From contig CAWGSK010000022.1 of the NCBI GenBank assembly GCA_963825055.1, forward strand, positions 1 through 59,827: a DNA stretch of 59,827 nucleotides. Direction: 5' to 3'. The notes beneath the pieces are model-generated. The model was given only the letters and a program-made list of their open reading frames with translations, did not search any database and had not been told where the DNA came from. Origin of the DNA: an uncultured Gemmatimonadales bacterium (GTDB lineage Bacteria; Gemmatimonadota; Gemmatimonadetes; Gemmatimonadales; GWC2-71-9). Shown here piece after piece: positions 51,926-59,827 of this stretch. Numbering within the stretch: the stretch's first letter is position 1; every line of letters begins with the position of its first letter. The position numbers and the translations under genes were made by a program.

Positions 51926-51950
51926 GCGCCGGCCCCCCTGGGGCCGGCGC
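51926..51950 (+). terminator. GC-rich hairpin after the ncRNA
   Basis: GCGCCGGCCCC-loop-GGGGCCGGCGC; weak U tract. Confidence 0.5.
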
Positions 51951-52021
51951 TGCTGTATAGGGTCCGCCGGAACCTTCTGGCCCGGCCGTGGGTATATTCC
52001 GCGCTGACCTGGAGGGCACGG

Positions 52022-52435
52022 ATGGCCAAGTGCAGTGTCACGCGCCGGGTACACTTCAACGCGGCGCACCGGCTCCACAACCCCGCGTTTTCCGATGACT
52101 GGAACCGCGAGACCTTCGGGCCGTGCAACAACCCGAATTATCACGGGCACAACTACGAGATGGACGTGACGGTGACGGGGGAGATCGACCCGGACACCGG
52201 GTACGTGATGGACGTGGGCCGGCTCCGGGCGCTGGCGGAGGAGCACCTGCTCCGCCACCTCGACCACCGGAACCTCAACCTGGACGTCCCGTGGTTCCGC
52301 GAACTCCAGCCGAGTGCGGAACACATTGCCATGGTCTGCTGGCGCGAGCTCCGGCCCGCCCTGCCCGACAGTCTCGACCTCCGCATCCGTCTCTGGGAGA
52401 CCCCGAGGAACTATGTCGACTTCGAAGGTCCATAA
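52022..52435 (+). CDS. 6-pyruvoyl-tetrahydropterin synthase family, PTPS-II signature
   Basis: [18 protein letters not shown] (C-X5-HGH), [11 protein letters not shown]. Confidence 0.9.
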   Translation: MAKCSVTRRVHFNAAHRLHNPAFSDDWNRETFGPCNNPNYHGHNYEMDVTVTGEIDPDTGYVMDVGRLRALAEEHLLRHLDHRNLNLDVPWFRELQPSAEHIAMVCWRELRPALPDSLDLRIRLWETPRNYVDFEGP

Positions 52436-53015
52436 GCTCACGCCGCCCCTGGCGCCGTTCACTGATGAGGTCCGCTCCATCCTCGCTGCCCTCGGGGAGG
52501 ACCCGGATCGGGAGGGGCTCGTGAAGACGCCCTCCCGGGTGGAAGCCGCCTTCCGCTGGCTGACGCGCGGCTACCGCATGTCCGTCGAGGACGTCGTGGG
52601 CGACGCGGTCTTCGAGGAACGGCATGAGAGCATGATCCTGGTGCGGGACATCGAGGTCTACTCGCTCTGCGAGCACCATATGCTGCCGTTCTTCGGCCGG
52701 GCGCATGTCGCGTACATTCCGGACGGACGCATTGTCGGGCTGTCCAAGCTCCCCCGCATTGTGGATGTCTTCGCCCGGCGGCTCCAGGTGCAGGAGCGCC
52801 TCACCGACCAGGTGGCCGACGCCGTCATGGACGTGCTGGAGCCGCAGGGCGTGGGGGTGGTGCTGGAGTGCACTCACCTCTGCATGGCAATGCGGGGCGT
52901 GGAGAAACAGAGCAGCCGTACGGTGAGCAGCGCGCTCCGCGGTGTCTTCCGGGATGACCAGCGAACCCGCGACGAGTTCCTGCGCCTGGTGCACGGGGGC
53001 CGCGGGGGCGAATGA
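52413..53015 (+). CDS. folE: GTP cyclohydrolase I
   Basis: [42 protein letters not shown]; start ATG 52413. Confidence 0.97.
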   Translation: MSTSKVHKLTPPLAPFTDEVRSILAALGEDPDREGLVKTPSRVEAAFRWLTRGYRMSVEDVVGDAVFEERHESMILVRDIEVYSLCEHHMLPFFGRAHVAYIPDGRIVGLSKLPRIVDVFARRLQVQERLTDQVADAVMDVLEPQGVGVVLECTHLCMAMRGVEKQSSRTVSSALRGVFRDDQRTRDEFLRLVHGGRGGE

Positions 53016-53707
53016 AGCCGCTGGCCGGGCAGGTGGCGGTGGTGACCGGCGCGTCCCGCGGGATCGGGGCAGCCGTCGCGACCGCGCTGGCCGGGGCGGG
53101 GGCCACGGTGGCCCGGCTCGCGCGGAGCCTGCCCGATGCCGACCACGAGCCCTGGTACGACCTCACCTGCGACGTCACTGACCCCGTCCTGCTCCAGCGC
53201 GCCCTCCAGGCACTGCTGTCCGAGTTCGGTCCGCCCCACATTCTCGTCAACAACGCCGGCGGCTTCCTGCTCAAGCCGTTCGAGCAGACGACCACGGGCG
53301 AGTTCGACGCCCAGATCGCCATCAACCTGCGCGCCCCGTTTGCCGTGGCCCGCGGGCTGCTCCCCGCCATGCGCTCGGCGGGCCGGGGCCTGCTCGTCAC
53401 CATCGGCAGCATCGCTGACCACGTCGCGTTCCCCGAGAACAGCGCCTACTCGGCCTCGAAATACGGGCTCCGGGGGCTGCATGAGGTCCTGACGGCGGAA
53501 TACCGCGGCACCGGCGTTCGCTGCACCCTCATCTCCCCGGGCCCGACCGACACCGACGTCTGGGATCCGGTCAACCCCGATGAGCGGGAGGGATTCCCCT
53601 CCCGGGAACAGATGCTGCGGCCCGCGGACGTGGCCGACGCAGTGCTCTACGCGGCGACCCGGCCCCCCCGCGTCACGATCGAGTCGATCCGCATCAATCC
53701 CGCCTGA
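53012..53707 (+). CDS. SDR oxidoreductase (sepiapterin reductase candidate)
   Basis: [21 protein letters not shown]-coupled to folE. Confidence 0.9.
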   Translation: MKPLAGQVAVVTGASRGIGAAVATALAGAGATVARLARSLPDADHEPWYDLTCDVTDPVLLQRALQALLSEFGPPHILVNNAGGFLLKPFEQTTTGEFDAQIAINLRAPFAVARGLLPAMRSAGRGLLVTIGSIADHVAFPENSAYSASKYGLRGLHEVLTAEYRGTGVRCTLISPGPTDTDVWDPVNPDEREGFPSREQMLRPADVADAVLYAATRPPRVTIESIRINPA

Positions 53708-53718
53708 AGGAGGCGTTC

Positions 53719-55293
53719 GTGTGCTTCCGCAAGATCTTCCCTGTCGCGGCACTCGTTGTGCTTGGTGGTGCTCCCCTGACGGCCCAGGCGCTGCCCGAGC
53801 TGCCCGACTCCTCCGGCTGGGGCACGCATGTCCTCACGGTCCAGCGCGACCCCGCGGGCGCCATCTGGGTCGGCACCTACGGCAAGGGGATTTACCGCTT
53901 CCGTCCTGGTACCGACCAGTGGGATGTCTTCCGGAGCGACACCACGGACACGTCCATCTCCTGGGACTTCGTCCAGGCCTTCGGGTTCGGGCGCGAGGGA
54001 CAGATCTGGTACGGCACGGTGGGAAACGGCTGGGGGCTCTCGACGGATGATGGAAAGACCTGGCGCAACTGGACGTTTGGCCAGCTCGGCCCCGAGTGGC
54101 AGTACGTGGCGCCTGACGGCATCGCGGTGCATGGCGACACGGTAGTGATCGCCACGGCCGACGGGCTCCAGGTGACGACCGACGACGGGGTCCACTGGAC
54201 GGCGCTGGTGGACAGCACCGGACCGGCCGCCAGGGGGCCCGCCGACACTGCCATCGTGTTGCTCCGAAACGAGTATACCACCGAGCTCGAATGGGATGAC
54301 CAAGGCCTGGTGGTCCGCTCCCCCGCGGGGTGGCAGCTGCTCCAGGTACGTGACGGCGCCTGGACCGGCCGGACGATCTACATCGATGATGGGTGGGACA
54401 CGGGCACCGGCACCGCCGTCGGCGGCACGACGTACCTCGCTTCACCCTGCGGGCTCCGGCCGGCTGCGGAAGTGGACCGACCCTGCCTGGCGGTGGATGC
54501 ACCGCCGGCCACGCCACCCGAGGGCCCCCGGACCACGTGGTTCCGCCGGCCCATCGATCCGTCGGACAACGCGATGATCGACCAGACCTACCGCTACGGT
54601 TCCACGATGGGCGGCAACTTCCAGCAGCACCAGGGCGTGGAGTTCAACAATGCCGACGGCACGCCGGTGCACGCCATCGGCTCAGGCGTGGTGGAGTACG
54701 CGGGGCCGGCGGAGGCAGGCGCGCTTACCATCGCCATCCGGCACGACTCGATGCTCGTCACCGGGAGCGACACGCTCGCCATCCACTCGGTGTACTACCA
54801 CAATTCGTCGCTCATGGTCCACGTGGGTGAGCGAGTCAGCCGGGGCCAGGTGATCTCGCGCGTGGGCAACACCGGCCGGGCGACGAACGACCACCTGCAT
54901 CTCGAGGTGCACGCCACGCCCCGGGACGCCGGAGTGAGGCTCGTGGTGGACTCGCTGGAGCGTTATCCGCGCTACACCACGAACCCCGAACTCTGGATCG
55001 CGCCGCTGCCGGGAACGGGCATCGTGGCTGGGCGGGTCCTGAACACCGCCGGGGAGCCCACGGGGCAGGTCCGGATCTACGGCCTCCGCAAGGCGGTGCC
55101 CGCCGAGACGCCCTTTTCGTTCGTGGAGACCTACGGGAGCCGGGCGCACCCCCATCCGCTCTACCAGGAGACGTTCGCGATCAGTGACGTGCCGCCCGGC
55201 GAGTACACGCTCGGCGTCGAGGTGGACGGTCGCAGGATCTACCGGCGGGTCCGGGTGTCGCCGGGGCTCCTGACGTGGGTGGAGTTCCGCTGA
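53719..55293 (+). CDS. Secreted M23 peptidase with N-terminal beta-propeller repeats
   Basis: Signal peptide; WVGTYGKGI and STDDGKTW repeats; HQGVEF, VGNTGRAT.DHLHLEV. Confidence 0.85.
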   Translation: MCFRKIFPVAALVVLGGAPLTAQALPELPDSSGWGTHVLTVQRDPAGAIWVGTYGKGIYRFRPGTDQWDVFRSDTTDTSISWDFVQAFGFGREGQIWYGTVGNGWGLSTDDGKTWRNWTFGQLGPEWQYVAPDGIAVHGDTVVIATADGLQVTTDDGVHWTALVDSTGPAARGPADTAIVLLRNEYTTELEWDDQGLVVRSPAGWQLLQVRDGAWTGRTIYIDDGWDTGTGTAVGGTTYLASPCGLRPAAEVDRPCLAVDAPPATPPEGPRTTWFRRPIDPSDNAMIDQTYRYGSTMGGNFQQHQGVEFNNADGTPVHAIGSGVVEYAGPAEAGALTIAIRHDSMLVTGSDTLAIHSVYYHNSSLMVHVGERVSRGQVISRVGNTGRATNDHLHLEVHATPRDAGVRLVVDSLERYPRYTTNPELWIAPLPGTGIVAGRVLNTAGEPTGQVRIYGLRKAVPAETPFSFVETYGSRAHPHPLYQETFAISDVPPGEYTLGVEVDGRRIYRRVRVSPGLLTWVEFR

Positions 55294-55303
55294 GCGGGCC
55301 CCG

Positions 55304-55894
55304 GTGTTCATCGAGCTGACCGACCACCTGCGCTGCCCGGCGGAGCACGAGGAACAGTTTCTCGTGCTGGTCCCGCATGCCATGGATGCGCGGGCGGTCA
55401 CCGAGGGCCGGCTCGGCTGTCCCGTATGCCGCCGGGAGTTCACCGTAAGTGGCGGCATCGTGGACCTCCGCCTTCCGGACGATCCCCCTCCACCGGAGGT
55501 GGTCGAAACGCCGGAGCCCCTCACGGGAGACGGCGCGCTGGCGCTGCTCGGGCTGAGCGGGCCGGGCGGCTATGTGGCGCTGGTGGGTGGCGTGGCGTCG
55601 GTCGCGGGCGAGCTCATCGCCGGACGTCCGGGGGTGCATGTCGTGACGGTCAACGCCCCCGGCACAGTCGGGCCGGAGCCCATGCTGAGCCGCATTGTGG
55701 CGGGGCGGCTGCCGCTCAAGCGGCGGAGCCTGCGTGGGGTCGTGCTGGGCGCGGGCTACGGAGCGGATGCCCGCTGGAGCGCCGAAGCGATCCGGACCGT
55801 CCTGCCGGGACTGCGGGTGGTGGGGGCCGGCACGCCGCCGGCGGACCTGACCGTGCTGGGGGAGGCGGGGGGGTGGTATGTGGGAACTGCGTGA
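55304..55894 (+). CDS. Hypothetical protein with Trm112-like Zn-ribbon N-terminus
   Basis: LRCP....GRLGCPVCRREF..GIVDL. Confidence 0.7.
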   Translation: MFIELTDHLRCPAEHEEQFLVLVPHAMDARAVTEGRLGCPVCRREFTVSGGIVDLRLPDDPPPPEVVETPEPLTGDGALALLGLSGPGGYVALVGGVASVAGELIAGRPGVHVVTVNAPGTVGPEPMLSRIVAGRLPLKRRSLRGVVLGAGYGADARWSAEAIRTVLPGLRVVGAGTPPADLTVLGEAGGWYVGTA

Positions 55895-55983
55895 GCCGTG
55901 AGCGGTAAGCGGTGAGCGGTAAGAAGGCCTGCCCTTCGTTCGGGATTTGAGACCGCCAGGCAGCTCCCGCTCACCGCTCACGC
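55889..55983. repeat. Opposed heptamer arrays (GTGAGCG)n ... (CGCTCAC)n between convergent genes
   Basis: Both stop codons lie in the first repeat unit of their own array. Confidence 0.8.
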
Positions 55984-57807
55984 TTTCCCATCGAGGTCGT
56001 GTATCCCGCCTTCCCGCTCGGCGTACAGTTTCTCGATCCGGTCCCGGTACTTCTTCTCCACCACGCGCCGCTTCACCTTGAGGGTCGGGGTGAGTTCGCC
56101 GCTGTCGATGCTGAAGTCGCTCGTGAGCAGCAGGACCTTTTTCGGCATCTCGAAGTGGGCGAGGTCGCGGAGCTGCTTCATCATCTCGCGTTCGACCTTG
56201 GCGATGGCCTTGGGGTTCTCGACCAGGCTCGGGATGTCACCGAAGACGAGGCCCTTGTCCCGGGCCCAGCTCTTGAGGTTGTCGATGTTGGGCACGATCA
56301 GCATGATCGGGAAGGGTCGCTGGTCGCCCAGCATGACGGCGTTGGCCACGAAGCGATTGGCCTTCACCCGGTTCTCGATCGGTTGCGGGGCGATGTTCTT
56401 GCCACCCGCGGTGACCAGCAGGTCCTTCTTCCGGTCGGTAATCTTGAGGTAGCCGTCAGGATCCAGCTCGCCGATGTCTCCCGTGTGGAACCATCCCTCG
56501 CTGTCGATCACCTCCGCGGTGGCCTCGGGCTTGTGATAGTACCCCTTCATGACATGGGGGCCGCGGGTGAGAATCTCGCCGTCTTCCGCGATCTTCACCT
56601 CCACCCCGGGAAGGGGCTGGCCCACCGTGCCGAGCCGCATGTGCTCGAAGGTGTTCACGGTGATCACGGGTGAGGTCTCGGTGAGCCCGTAGCCCTCCAG
56701 GATCGGCAGGCCCGCCGCGAAGAAGAATTTCGCGATGGCGGGCGAGAGCGGTGCGCCGCCGGAGACGAAGAACCGGAGCTTCCCGCCCGTCCGGGCCTGC
56801 AGTTTCGAGAAGACCAGCTTGTCGGCGATCTTCTTCTTGAGCCCGAGCGTGGCGGAGATGTCTTCGCCCGCCAGCACCCGGCCCGCCCAGTCCTCGGCGG
56901 TGGCCTTGGCCCAGAAGAAGATCTGCTTCTTGATGGGTGAGCCCGACGTCGCGTTGTCGAGCACCCGGGCGAAGATCTTCTCGTAGAGACGCGGGACCGA
57001 CAGCACCACGGTCGGCCGGCGGTCGATCATGTCGTCCGAGACGGTGTCGATGCTCAGCGCATAGTTGATGATGGTGCCGGAGTAGAACATCACGTAGTGC
57101 CCGGCCATCCGCTCGAAGATGTGGGAGAGCGGGAGGAAGGAGAGGCACTCGTCACCCACCCGCAGCGGCAGCACCTCGAGCCCGGACACCACATTGGACG
57201 TGATGTTGCCGTGCGTGAGCATCACGCCCTTCGGGTCGCCCGTCGTGCCGCTGGTGTAGATCAGTGTCGCAACGTCGTCCGGGACCGCGGCGAGGGCCTC
57301 GTCCTTCCACCCACCGTACCTCGCGCGGGCGTCCCGCCCGCGCCGGGCCAGGTCCGTCATCGGCAGGATGTCCTGGCCGGTCAGGCCCTCATCCATGGTG
57401 ATGATGTGCTTGAGGGCCGGCAGCTGGTGGCGGATCCCGCGAATCTTGGCCAGCTGGTCGCCGTTGCTGACGAAGATGGCCAGGGCCCCGGCATCGTTCA
57501 GGATGTACGCGATCTGGCTGGCGGGGAGCGTGGGGTAGATCGGCACGTCCGCGCAGCGGGCGGTCAGGCACGCAAAGTCGGCAATCGCCCACTCCGGCCG
57601 GTTCTCCGACAGCAGGGCGACATGACTGCCGGCCCCCACTCCCAGCTCGCGAAGCCCGTTGCTGACGGCCTGCACCCGGTCGAACAGCTCCGTGTAGCTC
57701 ACGTCCGTCCAGGATCCGGACAGTCGCGAGCGCATCGCGACCGGCCGCGCCCCGTGGAGTTCCATCGCGGCGAAGAAGAGTTCGGTGAGGGTCTGGACGG
57801 CGGTCAT
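55978..57807 (-). CDS. Long-chain fatty acid-CoA ligase (AMP-binding)
   Basis: IYTSGTTGDPKG, EGYGLTE, WFHTGDIG, TDRKKD, LTPTLK. Confidence 0.95.
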   Translation of the reverse strand: MTAVQTLTELFFAAMELHGARPVAMRSRLSGSWTDVSYTELFDRVQAVSNGLRELGVGAGSHVALLSENRPEWAIADFACLTARCADVPIYPTLPASQIAYILNDAGALAIFVSNGDQLAKIRGIRHQLPALKHIITMDEGLTGQDILPMTDLARRGRDARARYGGWKDEALAAVPDDVATLIYTSGTTGDPKGVMLTHGNITSNVVSGLEVLPLRVGDECLSFLPLSHIFERMAGHYVMFYSGTIINYALSIDTVSDDMIDRRPTVVLSVPRLYEKIFARVLDNATSGSPIKKQIFFWAKATAEDWAGRVLAGEDISATLGLKKKIADKLVFSKLQARTGGKLRFFVSGGAPLSPAIAKFFFAAGLPILEGYGLTETSPVITVNTFEHMRLGTVGQPLPGVEVKIAEDGEILTRGPHVMKGYYHKPEATAEVIDSEGWFHTGDIGELDPDGYLKITDRKKDLLVTAGGKNIAPQPIENRVKANRFVANAVMLGDQRPFPIMLIVPNIDNLKSWARDKGLVFGDIPSLVENPKAIAKVEREMMKQLRDLAHFEMPKKVLLLTSDFSIDSGELTPTLKVKRRVVEKKYRDRIEKLYAEREGGIHDLDGKA

Positions 57808-57862
57808 GGAAACTCCGGCGGTCGGGAATCCGGGACGGGGTGGTCCGACCCGGCGGGCCGGG

Positions 57863-58570
57863 TCAGTCGAATCGGACGATGAAGACCTGCCCCGAACCCG
57901 GGATCAGGGCCCCGCTCGGGCGGGTTGCCCTGACCTCTACGTAGGCACTGTCCGGTGCACTGGTGCCGGCGATGGTCTCGACCATGACCGGTGTGGCGGG
58001 GGCGCCGTCACTGCCTGTCTGGACCGTAAGCCGCGGGCCGTTGCCGTTGAGCTGGAGCGTATCGCCCGGGAGGCCGAAGGTCTGGACCACCTCGTAAGTG
58101 ATGGTCCGTCCGCTGACTCCCACCGGCGGGCTGCCAGCCTCCAGGGCGGCGTCCAGCGGCGGCGAGACGCTCATCCCCTGGACGACCCGCAGCGTGTCGG
58201 GCCCCCGGATTACCAGGGTGTCGACCCGCGCCAGGACGGTGAAGGTGACGAGGTTGGACGACAGCTCGCCACTGCGGGCCTGCACCTGGCCCGTGCCCCC
58301 GCCGAGAAGGCCGGTGAGCCGGCCGGTCGTGCTGTCGATGTCGAGTACGGTGTCGGGAGTGGCGCGCCATGTGACCGTGGCGTCCACACTGTCGCCGTCC
58401 TGGTTCAGCGCGCGGGCCTGGAGCTGGATGGTGTCTCCCACCTCAACCCGTGTGCTGGTCGGCACCCGGATCTCCAGCGCGATGACGCCGTTGCCGGTGC
58501 CGGTGATTTCACTGCAGGCCCCGGTGACGAGCCCGGCCGCGGCAAGCACCGCCACCGCGCCACGGTTCAT
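57863..58570 (-). CDS. Lipoprotein with Ig-like domains
   Basis: Lipobox VTGAC; VGDTIQLQARALN..VTW Big-like pattern. Confidence 0.8.
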   Translation of the reverse strand: MNRGAVAVLAAAGLVTGACSEITGTGNGVIALEIRVPTSTRVEVGDTIQLQARALNQDGDSVDATVTWRATPDTVLDIDSTTGRLTGLLGGGTGQVQARSGELSSNLVTFTVLARVDTLVIRGPDTLRVVQGMSVSPPLDAALEAGSPPVGVSGRTITYEVVQTFGLPGDTLQLNGNGPRLTVQTGSDGAPATPVMVETIAGTSAPDSAYVEVRATRPSGALIPGSGQVFIVRFD

Positions 58571-59022
58571 GAGACTTCCGAGGCAGGCGTCCCGTCGATC
58601 TGGCGCAGCGCGTCCTGCGCGTGGCGGATCCAGCGGTCGGCGTCCGCGCCCTTGGGCGGGTGCTCGAGAAACTGCCGCAGGTGGCCGGCGGCTTCGTCAC
58701 GCTCCCCCCGCTTGAGCAGGAGGAACGCCATGCCGTAGTGCGCGCCGACCAGCGACCCATCCATCTCGAGCGCGCGGCGGTAATGACGGATGGCCTCGTC
58801 GGGCTGGCCGGTCTTGGTGAATGCGATGGCGATGTTGACCAGGATGCGCGGGTCGCCGGGGTGCTCCCGGAGCGCGAGCCGGTAGGACGTGAGTGCGGAC
58901 GCATAGTCGCCCTGGCGCTCGAGAGCCAGGGCCTCGTTGACATAATCAAGCCGTGCCGGCTTCAGGTCGGCGTCCTTCCCGCTCCCGAAGAGCCGCTGCC
59001 AGAAACTCATCGCGTCCGCCAT
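58567..59022 (-). CDS. TPR repeat protein
   Basis: Three TPR-like helical pairs (ALTSYRLAL, AIRHYRRAL); alternative start 59010. Confidence 0.88.
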   Translation of the reverse strand: MADAMSFWQRLFGSGKDADLKPARLDYVNEALALERQGDYASALTSYRLALREHPGDPRILVNIAIAFTKTGQPDEAIRHYRRALEMDGSLVGAHYGMAFLLLKRGERDEAAGHLRQFLEHPPKGADADRWIRHAQDALRQIDGTPASEVS

Positions 59023-59190
59023 CCCCCCAGGAGAAGGGGTTCACCCTACGTAACTCGTGAACTGCCACTATAATAGCCCGGCCCCGTATGGCCCGCAACG
59101 CGGTTGCTGGCTGCCCGACCACCGGGATACCTTCCACAGGACCGTCCGGCAGCCCGCCGGTCGGGCCGCCCGCCCCTGCCAGGAGAGACG

Positions 59191-59706
59191 ATGCGACGCG
59201 CCCAGCCCTCCGGTGCCCGCGGTGTCCTGGAAGTCGACTGGCCCTTCTTCGGGGAGATCTGCCGTGCCCTCGCCCTGCGCGTGGCGCAGGCCTACGATCC
59301 CGAGGTGGTTCTCGGCGTGGCCAAGGCGGGTGTTATCCCCGGCGTCGTCGTAGCCAGTATCCTCCAGCGCGAATTCACCTCCATGACCGTCACCCGCCCC
59401 GCAGCCGGGGATGAGCCGGTGCTGGTGGCCGGCCCGCCGCCCACCATCCGGAACCGCCGGGTGCTGATCGTGGACGAGACCTGTGACTCCGGCGCCACCC
59501 TGAAGCTCGCCTTGAACGAGGTCCGCGCCGTCGGGCCCGCCGAGGTCCGCACGGCGGTCTCCTTCAAGACTGGCGACTACCAGCCCGACTACTTCGCGTT
59601 CGAGACGGAGAATTTCATCATTCTCCCGTGGGACCGCGAGATCGTGCAGGACGGGGAGTTGATCGTCCGGCCCGACTACGCGGCCCGGCTGGAGTCGAAC
59701 ACCTGA
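59191..59706 (+). CDS. Phosphoribosyltransferase (type I) family
   Basis: VLIVDETCDSGATL PRPP loop, IILPW; ATG 59191 after AGGAG. Confidence 0.9.
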   Translation: MRRAQPSGARGVLEVDWPFFGEICRALALRVAQAYDPEVVLGVAKAGVIPGVVVASILQREFTSMTVTRPAAGDEPVLVAGPPPTIRNRRVLIVDETCDSGATLKLALNEVRAVGPAEVRTAVSFKTGDYQPDYFAFETENFIILPWDREIVQDGELIVRPDYAARLESNT

Positions 59707-59717
59707 ACCCGTCCGCG

Positions 59718-59827
59718 ATGCAGGACCGCATCGCGGATGCCCTCGCCGCCTCACGGGCGGACTTCACCGAGATCCGGGTCGAGCGCTCGTGGACCAGCGC
59801 GGTCGCCTGGCGGGGCCGCCGGCTCGA
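59718..59827 (+). CDS. TldD/PmbA family protein, 5' fragment cut by window edge
   Basis: MQDRIADALAASRADFTEIRVERSWTSAVAWRGRRL resembles TldD N-termini; only 36 codons visible. Confidence 0.55.
   Translation, partial: MQDRIADALAASRADFTEIRVERSWTSAVAWRGRRL

Noticed and set aside
52022..52435. queD (queuosine pathway)
   Set aside because: C-X5-HGH rather than C-X3-HGH, and no queC/queE/queF nearby.

Overview
High-GC bacterial chromosomal window. The gene repertoire (Hanks-type kinase-TM-TPR proteins, HU with an FGPEGAI insertion) suggests Gemmatimonadota; this is inference. Left 16 kb: GH15 glucoamylase, two Ser/Thr kinases, DinB, amidohydrolase, VIT1, GNAT, TSUP, PhzF and RidA, separated by dense 7-9-mer tandem arrays and two copies of a 93-bp palindrome. 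16-21 kb: a flagellar-type regulatory module without flagellar genes (FlgM-like ORF, sigma54 activator, FliA/WhiG, sensorless kinase) interrupted by an IS256. 21-35 kb: peptide ABC transporter, lipoate ligase family protein, gcvP, gcvH, coaE, tdk, HU, a degenerate DEAD-box protein and an aminotransferase. 36-43 kb, the most striking locus: Cyc2-like cytochrome-porin, diheme cytochrome c, type-1 copper protein and an A1 heme-copper oxidase, in the gene order of the Acidithiobacillus iron-oxidation operon. 43-51 kb: nurA-herA-mre11-rad50-GNAT. 51-60 kb: probable 6S RNA, a PTPS-II/folE/SDR (tetrahydrobiopterin-like) operon, M23 peptidase, acyl-CoA ligase, lipoprotein, TPR protein, PRTase and a partial TldD-family gene. 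No tRNA, rRNA or CRISPR array was seen. All calls come from reading motifs by eye; no database searches were run.
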